From positions 332,418 through 396,417 of the forward strand of contig CM082591.2 of assembly GCA_040954595.2 (NCBI GenBank): DNA of 64,000 nt, written 5' to 3'. Positions 53,035-64,000 of this stretch are shown piece after piece. Origin of the DNA: Balanoglossus misakiensis. Its lineage: Eukaryota; Animalia; Hemichordata. The first letter of the stretch is position 1, and each line of letters starts with the position of its first letter. The notes under the pieces were generated by a model. The model saw only the letters and a list, made by a program, of their open reading frames with translations. It was not told where the DNA came from and ran no database searches. Position numbers and translations under genes: made by a program.

Positions 53035-56000
53035 GATTTTCATGAGCTATAACCCATGATTTTTATCAAAAATCGAAGAAATTTTGAAATTTCGGGAAGT
53101 CGAAAAATTGTCATTTTTGGATGATTTTCATGAGCTATAACCCATGATTTTCATCAAATATCGGCCAAATTTTGAAATTCCGCAAAGTCGAAAAATTCTC
53201 ATTTTGGGATGATTTTCATGAGCTATAACCCATGATTTTTTCAAAAATCGGCCAAATTTTGAAATTCCGCAAAGTCGAAAAATTGTCATTTTGGGATGAT
53301 TTTCATGAGCTATAACCAATGATTTTTTCAAAAATCGGCCAAATTTTGAAATTCCGCAAAGTCGAGAAATTCTCATTTTGGGATGATTTTCATGAGCTAT
53401 AACCCATGATTTTTTCAAAAATCGGCCAAATTTTGAAATTCCGCAAAGTCGAGAAATTCTCATTTTGGGATGATTTTCATGAGCTATAACCCATGATTTT
53501 TTCAAAAATCGGCCAAAATTTGAAATTCCGCAAAGTCGAGAAATTCTCATTTTGGGATGATTTTCATGAGCTATAACCCATGATTTTTTCAAAAATCGGC
53601 CAAATTTTGAAATTCCGCAAAGTCGAGAAATTCTCATTTTGGGATGATTTTCATGAGCTATAACCCATGATTTTTTCAAAAATCGGCCAAATTTTGAAAT
53701 TCCGCAAAGTCGAAAAATTCTCATTTTGGGATGATTTTCATGAGCTATAACCCATGATTTTTTCAAAAATCGGCCAAATTTTGAAATTCCGCAAAGTCGA
53801 AAAATTCTCATTTTGGGATGATTTTCATGAGCTATAACCCATGATTTTTTCAAAAATCGGCCAAATTTTGAAATTCCGCAAAGTCGAAAAATTCTCATTT
53901 TGGGATGATTTTCATGAGCTATAACCCATGATTTTTTCAAAAATCGGCCAAATTTTGAAATTCCGCAAAGTCGAAAAATTCTCATTTTGGGATGATTTTC
54001 ATGAGCTATAACCCATGATTTTTTCAAAAATCGGCCAAATTTTGAAATTCCGCAAAGTCGAAAAATTCTCATTTTGGGATGATTTTCATGAGCTATAACC
54101 CATGATTTTTTCAAAAATCGGCCAAATTTTGAAATTCCGCAAAGTCGAAAAATTCTCATTTTGGGATGATTTTCATGAGCTATAACCCATGATTTTTTCA
54201 AAAATCGGCCAAATTTTGAAATTCCGCAAAGTCGAAAAATTCTCATTTTGGGATGATTTTCATGAGCTATAACCCATGATTTTTTCAAAAATCGGCCAAA
54301 TTTTGAAATTCCGCAAAGTCGAAAAATTCTCATTTTGGGATGATTTTCATGAGCTATAACCCATGATTTTTTCAAAAATCGGCCAAATTTTGAAATTCCG
54401 CAAAGTCGAGAAATTCTCATTTTGGGATGATTTTCATGAGCTATAACCCATGATTTTTTCAAAAATCGGCCAAATTTTGAAATTCCGCAAAGTCGAAAAA
54501 TTCTCATTTTGGGATGATTTTCATGAGCTATAACCCATGATTTTTTCAAAAATCGGCCAAATTTTGAAATTCCGCAAAGTCGAAAAATTCTCATTTTGGG
54601 ATGATTTTCATGAGCTATAACCCATGATTTTTTCAAAAATCGGCCAAATTTTGAAATTCCGCAAAGTCGAAAAATTCTCATTTTGGGATGATTTTCATGA
54701 GCTATAACCCATGATTTTTTCAAAAATCGGCCAAATTTTGAAATTCCGCAAAGTCGAAAAATTCTCATTTTGGGATGATTTTCATGAGCTATAACCCATG
54801 ATTTTTTCAAAAATCGGCCAAATTTTGAAATTCCGCAAAGTCGAAAAATTCTCATTTTGGGATGATTTTCATGAGCTATAACCCATGATTTTTTCAAAAA
54901 TCGGCCAAATTTTGAAATTCCGCAAAGTCGAAAAATTCTCATTTTGGGATGATTTTCATGAGCTATAACCCATGATTTTTTCAAAAATCGGCCAAATTTT
55001 GAAATTCCGCAAAGTCGAAAAATTCTCATTTTGGGATGATTTTCATGAGCTATAACCCATGATTTTTTCAAAAATCGGCCAAATTTTGAAATTCCGCAAA
55101 GTCGAAAAATTCTCATTTTGGGATGATTTTCATGAGCTATAACCCATGATTTTTTCAAAAATCGGCCAAATTTTGAAATTCCGCAAAGTCGAAAAATTCT
55201 CATTTTGGGATGATTTTCATCAGCTATAAACCATGATTTTTTCAAAAATCGGCCAAATTTTGAAATTCCGCAAAGTCGAAAAATTCTCATTTTGGGATGA
55301 TTTTCATGAGCTATAACCCATGATTTTTTCAAAAATCGGCCAAATTTTGAAATTCCGCAAAGTCGAAAAATTCTCATTTTGGGATGATTTTCATGAGCTA
55401 TAACCCATGATTTTTTCAAAATCGGCCAAATTTTGAAATTCCGCAAAGTCGAAAAATTCTCATTTTGGGATGATTTTCATGAGCTATAACCCATGATTTT
55501 TTCAAAAATCGGCCAAATTTTGAAATTCCGCAAAGTCGAAAAATTGTCATTTTTGGATGATTTTCATGAGCTATAACCCATGATTTTCATCAAATATCGG
55601 CCAAATTTTGAAATTCCGCAAAGTCGAAAAATTCTCATTTTGGGATGATTTTCATGAGCTATAACCCATGATTTTTTCAAAAATCGGCCAAATTTTGAAA
55701 TTCCGCAAAGTCGAAAAATTGTCATTTTGGGATGATTTTCATGAGCTATAACCAATGATTTTTTCAAAAATCGGCCAAATTTTGAAATTCCGCAAAGTCG
55801 AGAAATTCTCATTTTGGGATGATTTTCATGAGCTATAACCCATGATTTTTTCAAAAATCGGCCAAATTTTGAAATTCCGCAAAGTCGAGAAATTCTCATT
55901 TTGGGATGATTTTCATGAGCTATAACCCATGATTTTTTCAAAAATCGGCCAAAATTTGAAATTCCGCAAAGTCGAGAAATTCTCATTTTGGGATGATTTT

Positions 56001-59000
56001 CATGAGCTATAACCCATGATTTTTTCAAAAATCGGCCAAATTTTGAAATTCCGCAAAGTCGAGAAATTCTCATTTTGGGATGATTTTCATGAGCTATAAC
56101 CCATGATTTTTCAAAAATCGGCCAAATTTGAAATTCCGCAAAGTCGAAAAATTCTCATTTTGGGATGATTTTCATGAGCTATAACCCATGATTTTTTCAA
56201 AAATCGGCCAAATTTTGAAATTCCGCAAAGTCGAAAAATTCTCATTTTGGATGATTTTCATGAGCTATAACCCATGATTTTTTCAAAAATCGGCCAAATT
56301 TTGAAATTCCGCAAAGTCGAAAAATTCTCATTTTGGGATGATTTTCATGAGCTATAACCCATGATTTTTTCAAAATCGGCCAAATTTTGAAATTCCGCAA
56401 AGTCGAAAAATTCTCATTTTGGGATGATTTTCATGAGCTATAACCCATGATTTTTTCAAAAATCGGCCAAATTTTGAAATTCCGCAAAGTCGAAAAATTC
56501 TCATTTTGGGATGATTTTCATGAGCTATAACCCATGATTTTTTCAAAAATCGGCCAAATTTTGAAATTCCGCAAAGTCGAAAATTCTCATTTTGGGATGA
56601 TTTTCATGAGCTATAACCCATGATTTTTTCAAAAATCGGCCAAATTTTGAAATTCCGCAAAGTCGAAAAATTCTCATTTTGGGATGATTTTCATGAGCTA
56701 TAACCCATGATTTTTTCAAAAATCGGCCAAATTTTGAAATTCCGCAAAGTCGAAAAATTCTCATTTTGGGATGATTTTCATGAGCTATAACCCATGATTT
56801 TTTCAAAAATCGGCCAAATTTTGAAATTCCGCAAAGTCGAGAAATTCTCATTTTGGGATGATTTTCATGAGCTATAACCCATGATTTTTTCAAAAATCGG
56901 CCAAATTTTGAAATTCCGCAAAGTCGAAAAATTCTCATTTTGGGATGATTTTCATGAGCTATAACCCATGATTTTTTCAAAATCGGCCAAATTTTGAAAT
57001 TCCGCAAAGTCGAAAATTCTCATTTTGGGATGATTTTCATGAGCTATAACCCATGATTTTTTCAAAAATCGGCCAAATTTTGAAATTCCGCAAAGTCGAA
57101 AAATTCTCATTTTGGGATGATTTTCATGAGCTATAACCCATGATTTTTTCAAAAATCGGCCAAATTTTGAAATTCCGCAAAGTCGAAAAATTCTCATTTT
57201 GGGATGATTTTCATGAGCTATAACCCATGATTTTTTCAAAAATCGGCCAAATTTTGAAATTCCGCAAAGTCGAAAATTCTCATTTTGGGATGATTTTCAT
57301 GAGCTATAACCCATGATTTTTTCAAAAATCGGCCAAATTTTGAAATTCCGCAAAGTCGAAAAATTCTCATTTTGGGATGATTTTCATGAGCTATAACCCA
57401 TGATTTTTTCAAAAATCGGCCAAATTTTGAAATTCCGCAAAGTCGAAAAATTCTCATTTTGGGATGATTTTCATGAGCTATAACCCATGATTTTTTCAAA
57501 AATCGGCCAAATTTTGAAATTCCGCAAAGTCGAAAAATTCTCATTTTGGGATGATTTTCATGAGCTATAACCCATGATTTTTCAAAAATCGGCCAAATTT
57601 TGAAATTCCGCAAAGTCGAAAAATTCTCATTTTGGGATGATTTTCATCAGCTATAAACCATGATTTTTTCAAAAATCGGCCAAATTTTGAAATTCCGCAA
57701 AGTCGAAAAATTCTCATTTTGGGATGATTTTCATGAGCTATAACCCATGATTTTTTCAAAAATCGGCCAAATTTTGAAATTCCGCAAAGTCGAAAAATTC
57801 TCATTTTGGGATGATTTTCATGAGCTATAACCCATGATTTTTTCAAAAATCGGCCAAATTTTGAAATTCCGCAAAGTCGAAAAATTCTCATTTTGGGATG
57901 ATTTTCATGAGCTATAACCCATGATTTTTTCAAAAATCGGCCAAATTTTGAAATTCCGCAAAGTCGAAAAATTCTCATTTTGGGATGATTTTCATGAGCT
58001 ATAACCCATGATTTTTTCAAAAATCGGCCAAATTTTGAAATTCCGCAAAGTCGAAAAATTCTCATTTTGGGATGATTTTCATGAGCTATAACCCATGATT
58101 TTTTCAAAAATCGGCCAAATTTTGAAATTCCGCAAAGTCGAAAAATTCTCATTTTGGGATGATTTTCATGAGCTATAACCCATGATTTTTTCAAAAATCG
58201 GCCAAATTTTGAAATTCCGCAAAGTCGAAAAATTCTCATTTTGGGATGATTTTCATGAGCTATAACCCATGATTTTTCAAAAATCGGCCAAATTTTGAAA
58301 TTCCGCAAAGTCGAGAAATTCTCATTTTGGGATGATTTTCATGAGCTATAACCCATGATTTTTTCAAAAATCGGCCAAATTTTGAAATTCCGCAAAGTCG
58401 AAAAATTCTCATTTTGGGATGATTTTCATGAGCTATAACCCATGATTTTTTCAAAAATCGGCCAAATTTTGAAATTCCGCAAAGTCGAAAAATTCTCATT
58501 TTGGGATGATTTTCATGAGCTATAACCCATGATTTTTTCAAAAATCGGCCAAATTTTGAAATTCCGCAAAGTCGAAAAATTCTCATTTTGGGATGATTTT
58601 CATGAGCTATAAACCATGATTTTTTCAAAAATCGGCCAAATTTTGAAATTCCGCAAAGTCGAAAAATTCTCATTTTGGGATGATTTTCATGAGCTATAAC
58701 CCATGATTTTTTCAAAAATCGGCCAAATTTTGAAATTCCGCAAAGTCGAGAAATTCTCATTTTGGGATGATTTTCATGAGCTATAACCCATGATTTTTTC
58801 AAAATCGGCCAAATTTTGAAATTCCGCAAAGTCGAGAAATTCTCATTTTGGGATGATTTCATGAGCTATAACCCATGATTTTTCAAAAATCGGCCAAATT
58901 TTGAAATTCCGCAAAGTCGAGAAATTCTCATTTTGGGATGATTTTCATGAGCTATAACCCATGATTTTTTCAAAAATCGGCCAAATTTTGAAATTCCGCA

Positions 59001-62000
59001 AAGTCGAGAAATTCTCATTTTGGGATGATTTTCATGAGCTATAACCCATGATTTTTTCAAAAATCGGCCAAATTTTGAATTTCCGCAAAGTCGAGAAATT
59101 CTCATTTTGGGATGATTTTCATGAGCTATAACCCATGATTTTTTCAAAAATCGGCCAAATTTTGAATTTCCGCAAAGTCGAAAAATTCTCATTTTGGGAT
59201 GATTTTCATGAGCTATAACCCATGATTTTTTCAAAAATCGGCCAAATTTTGAAATTCCGCAAAGTCGAAAAATTCTCATTTTGGGATGATTTTCATGAGC
59301 TATAACCCATGATTTTTTCAAAAATCGGCCAAATTTTGAAATTCCGCAAAGTCGAAAAATTCTCATTTTGGGATGATTTTCATGAGCTATAACCCATGAT
59401 TTTTTCAAAAATCGGCCAAATTTTGAAATTCCGCAAAGTCGAAAAATTCTCATTTTGGGATGATTTTCATGAGCTATAACCCATGATTTTTTCAAAAATC
59501 GGCCAAATTTTGAAATTCCGCAAAGTCGAAAAATTCTCATTTTGGGATGATTTTCATGAGCTATAACCCATGATTTTTTCAAAAATCGGCCAAATTTTGA
59601 AATTCCGCAAAGTCGAAAAATTCTCATTTTGGGATGATTTTCATGAGCTATAACCCATGATTTTTTCAAAAATCGGCCAAATTTTGAAATTCCGCAAAGT
59701 CGAAAAATTCTCATTTTGGGATGATTTTCATGAGCTATAACCCATGATTTTTTCAAAAATCGGCCAAATTTTGAAATTCCGCAAAGTCGAAAAATTCTCA
59801 TTTTGGGATGATTTTCATGAGCTATAACCCATGATTTTTTCAAAAAGCGGCCAAATTTTGAAATTCCGCAAAGTCGAAAAATTCTCATTTTGGGATGATT
59901 TTCATGAGCTATAACCCATGATTTTTTCAAAAATCGGCCAAATTTTGAAATTCCGCAAAGTCGAAAAATTCTCATTTTGGGATGATTTTCATGAGCTATA
60001 ACCCATGATTTTTTCAAAAATCGGCCAAATTTTGAAATTCCGCAAAGTCGAAAAATTCTCATTTTGGGATGATTTTCAAGAGCTATAAACCATGATTTTT
60101 TTCAAAAATCGGCCAAATTTTGAAATTCCGCAAAGTCGAAAAATTCTCATTTTGGGATGATTTTCATGAGCTATAACCCATGATTTTTTCAAAAATCGGC
60201 CAAATTTTGAAATTCCGCAAAGTCGAAAAATTCTCATTTTGGGATGATTTTCATGAGCTATAACCCATGATTTTTTCAAAAATCGGCCAAATTTTGAAAT
60301 TCCGCAAAGTCGAAAAATTCTCATTTTGGGATGATTTTCATGAGCTATAACCCATGATTTTTTCAAAAATCGGCCAAATTTTGAAATTCCGCAAAGTCGA
60401 AAAATTCTCATTTTGGGATGATTTTCATGAGCTATAACCCATGATTTTTTCAAAAATCGGCCAAATTTTGAAATTCCGCAAAGTCGAAAAATTCTCATTT
60501 TGGGATGATTTTCATGAGCTATAACCCATGATTTTTTCAAAAATCGGCCAAATTTTGAAATTCCGCAAAGTCGAAAAATTCTCATTTTGGGATGATTTTC
60601 ATGAGCTATAACCCATGATTTTTTCAAAAATCGGCCAAATTTTGAAATTCCGCAAAGTCGAAAAATTCTCATTTTGGGATGATTTTCATGAGCTATAACC
60701 CATGATTTTTTCAAAAATCGGCCAAATTTTGAAATTCCGCAAAGTCGAAAAATTCTCATTTTGGGATGATTTTCATGAGCTATAACCCATGATTTTTTCA
60801 AAAATCGGCCAAATTTTGAAATTCCGCAAAGTCGAAAAATTCTCATTTTGGGATGATTTTCATGAGCTATAACCCATGATTTTTTCAAAAATCGGCCAAA
60901 TTTTGAAATTCCGCAAAGTCGAAAAATTCTCATTTTGGGATGATTTTCATGAGCTATAACCCATGATTTTTTCAAAAATCGGCCAAAATTTTGAAATTCC
61001 GCAAAGTCGAGAAATTCTCATTTTGGGATGATTTTCATGAGCTATAACCCATGATTTTTTCAAAAATCGGCCAAATTTTGAAATTCCGCAAAGTCGAGAA
61101 ATTCTCATTTTGGGATGATTTTCATGAGCTATAACCCATGATTTTTTCAAAAATCGGCCAAATTTTGAAATTCCGCAAAGTCGAAAAATTCTCATTTTGG
61201 GATGATTTTCATGAGCTATAACCCATGATTTTTTCAAAAATCGGCCAAATTTTGAAATTCCGCAAAGTCGAAAAATTCTCATTTTGGGATGATTTTCATG
61301 AGCTATAACCATGATTTTTTCAAAAATCGGCCAAATTTTGAAATTCCGCAAAGTCGAAAAATTCTCATTTTGGGATGATTTTCATGAGCTATAACCCATG
61401 ATTTTTTCAAAAATCGGCCAAATTTTGAAATTCCGCAAAGTCGAAAAATTCTCATTTTGGGATGATTTTCATGAGCTATAACCCATGATTTTTTCAAAAA
61501 TCGGCCAAATTTTGAAATTCCGCAAAGTCGAGAAATTCTCATTTTGGGATGATTTTCATGAGCTATAACCCATGATTTTTTCAAAAATCGGCCAAATTTT
61601 GAATTTCCGCAAAGTCGAGAAATTCTCATTTTGGGATGATTTTCATGAGCTATAACCCATGATTTTTCAAAAATCGGCCAAATTTTGAAATTCCGCAAAG
61701 TCGAGAAATTCTCATTTTGGGATGATTTTCATGAGCTATAACCCATGATTTTTTCAAAAATCGGCCAAATTTTGAATTCCGCAAAGTCGAGAAATTCTCA
61801 TTTTGGGATGATTTTCATGAGCTATAACCCATGATTTTTTCAAAAATCGGCCAAATTTTGAATTTCCGCAAAGTCGAAAATTCTCATTTTGGGATGATTT
61901 TCATGAGCTATAACCCATGATTTTTTCAAAAATCGGCCAAATTTTGAAATTCCGCAAAGTCGAAAAATTCTCATTTTGGGATGATTTTCATGAGCTATAA

Positions 62001-64000
62001 CCCATGATTTTTTCAAAAATCGGCCAAATTTTGAAATTCCGCAAAGTCGAAAAATTCTCATTTTGGGATGATTTTCATGAGCTATAACCCATGATTTTTT
62101 CAAAAATCGGCCAAATTTTGAAATTCCGCAAAGTCGAAAAATTCTCATTTTGGGATGATTTTCATGAGCTATAACCCATGATTTTTTCAAAAATCGGCCA
62201 AATTTTGAAATTCCGCAAAGTCGAAAAATTCTCATTTTGGGATGATTTTCATGAGCTATAACCCATGATTTTTTCAAAAATCGGCCAAATTTTGAAATTC
62301 CGCAAAGTCGAAAAATTCTCATTTTGGGATGATTTTCATGAGCTATAACCATGATTTTTCAAAAATCGGCCAAATTTTGAAATTCCGCAAAGTCGAAAAA
62401 TTCTCATTTTGGGATGATTTTCATGAGCTATAACCCATGATTTTTTCAAAAATCGGCCAAATTTTGAAATTCCGCAAAGTCGAAAATTCTCATTTTGGGA
62501 TGATTTTCATGAGCTATAACCATGATTTTTTCAAAAATCGGCCAAATTTTGAAATTCCGCAAAGTCGAAAAATTCTCATTTTGGGATGATTTTCATGAGC
62601 TATAACCCATGATTTTTTCAAAAATCGGCCAAATTTTGAAATTCCGCAAAGTCGAAAAATTCTCATTTTGGGATGATTTTCATGAGCTATAACCCATGAT
62701 TTTTTCAAAAATCGGCCAAATTTTGAAATTCCGCAAAGTCGAAAATTCTCATTTTGGGATGATTTTCATGAGCTATAACCCATGATTTTTTCAAAAATCG
62801 GCCAAATTTTGAAATTCCGCAAAGTCGAAAAATTCTCATTTTGGGATGATTTTCATGAGCTATAACCCATGATTTTTTCAAAAATCGGCCAAATTTTGAA
62901 ATTCCGCAAAGTCGAAAAATTCTCATTTTGGGATGATTTTCATGAGCTATAACCCATGATTTTTTCAAAAATCGGCCAAATTTTGAAATTCCGCAAAGTC
63001 GAAAAATTCTCATTTTGGGATGATTTTCATGAGCTATAACCCATGATTTTTTCAAAAATCGGCCAATTTTGAAATTCCGCAAAGTCGAAAAATTCTCATT
63101 TTGGGATGATTTTCATGAGCTATAACCCATGATTTTTTCAAAAATCGGCCAAATTTTGAAATTCCGCAAAGTCGAAAAATTCTCATTTTGGGATGATTTT
63201 CATGAGCTATAACCCATGATTTTTTCAAAAATCGGCCAAATTTTGAAATTCCGCAAAGTCGAAAATTCTCATTTTGGGATGATTTTCATGAGCTATAACC
63301 CATGATTTTTTCAAAAATCGGCCAAATTTTGAAATTCCGCAAAGTCGAAAAATTCTCATTTTGGGATGATTTTCATGAGCTATAACCCATGATTTTTTCA
63401 AAAATCGGCCAAATTTTGAAATTCCGCAAAGTCGAAAAATTCTCATTTTGGGATGATTTTCATGAGCTATAACCCATGATTTTTTCAAAAATCGGCCAAA
63501 TTTTGAAATTCCGCAAAGTCGAAAAATTCTCATTTTGGGATGATTTTCATGAGCTATAACCCATGATTTTTTCAAAAATCGGCCAAATTTTGAAATTCCG
63601 CAAAGTCGAAAAATTCTCATTTTGGGATGATTTTCATGAGCTATAACCCATGATTTTTTCAAAAATCGGCCAAATTTTGAAATTCCGCAAAGTCGAAAAA
63701 TTCTCATTTTGGGATGATTTTCATGAGCTATAACCCATGATTTTTTCAAAAATCGGCCAAATTTTGAAATTCCGCAAAGTCGAAAAATTCTCATTTTGGG
63801 ATGATTTTCATGAGCTATAACCCATGATTTTTTCAAAAATCGGCCAAATTTTGAAATTCCGCAAAGTCGAAAAATTCTCATTTTGGGATGATTTTCATGA
63901 GCTATAACCCATGATTTTATCAAAAATCGGCCAAATTTGAAATTCCGCAAAGTCGAAAAATTCTCATTTTGGATGATTTCATGAGCTATAACCCATATTT
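53035..64000. repeat. 87-bp satellite DNA array (~126 monomers by length, running off the window end)
   Basis: Monomer ttttcatgagctataacccatgattttttcaaaaatcggccaaattttgaaattccgcaaagtcgaaaaattctcattttgggatga; very high homogeneity; the leftmost copy is degenerate. Confidence 0.99.

Noticed and set aside
53128-63950. Long ORFs (up to 772 aa) of repeated KKSWVIAHENHPKMRIFRLCGISKFGRFL
   Set aside because: By-product of an 87-bp (3x29) monomer that lacks stops in one frame. Frequent frameshifts and no unique N- or C-terminus give no support for coding.
53035-64000. CRISPR-like regular repeat
   Set aside because: Head-to-tail identical monomers with no unique spacers, no cas genes and a eukaryotic context

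Overview
Eukaryotic, AT-rich, intron-containing genomic DNA from an animal, probably a marine invertebrate; the taxon cannot be fixed from sequence alone. Gene order: 3' end of a coiled-coil gene (+), a 7-exon OATP/SLCO transporter (+), an uninterrupted 1106-aa ORF of seven tandem LRAT/PLAAT-type (permuted NlpC/P60) domains plus a glycine-zipper membrane tail (-), an archaemetzincin with a predicted N-terminal membrane anchor (-), a ~24-exon MADD/Rab3-GEF gene (-), a RASL/RERG-like small GTPase (-) whose G1-box exon was not found, and an ~11 kb array of an 87-bp satellite. Introns and UTRs hold five copies of an ~85-bp TTAA-type MITE, a HINE/DINE-1-like element and a long palindrome. The two highlights are the hepta-LRAT protein, which mixes catalytic and catalytically dead domains, and several frame-preserving candidate microexons (3, 6, 9, 18 nt) in MADD introns with UGC and AG-exclusion signatures. 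All exon boundaries were read by eye and no database searches were run.
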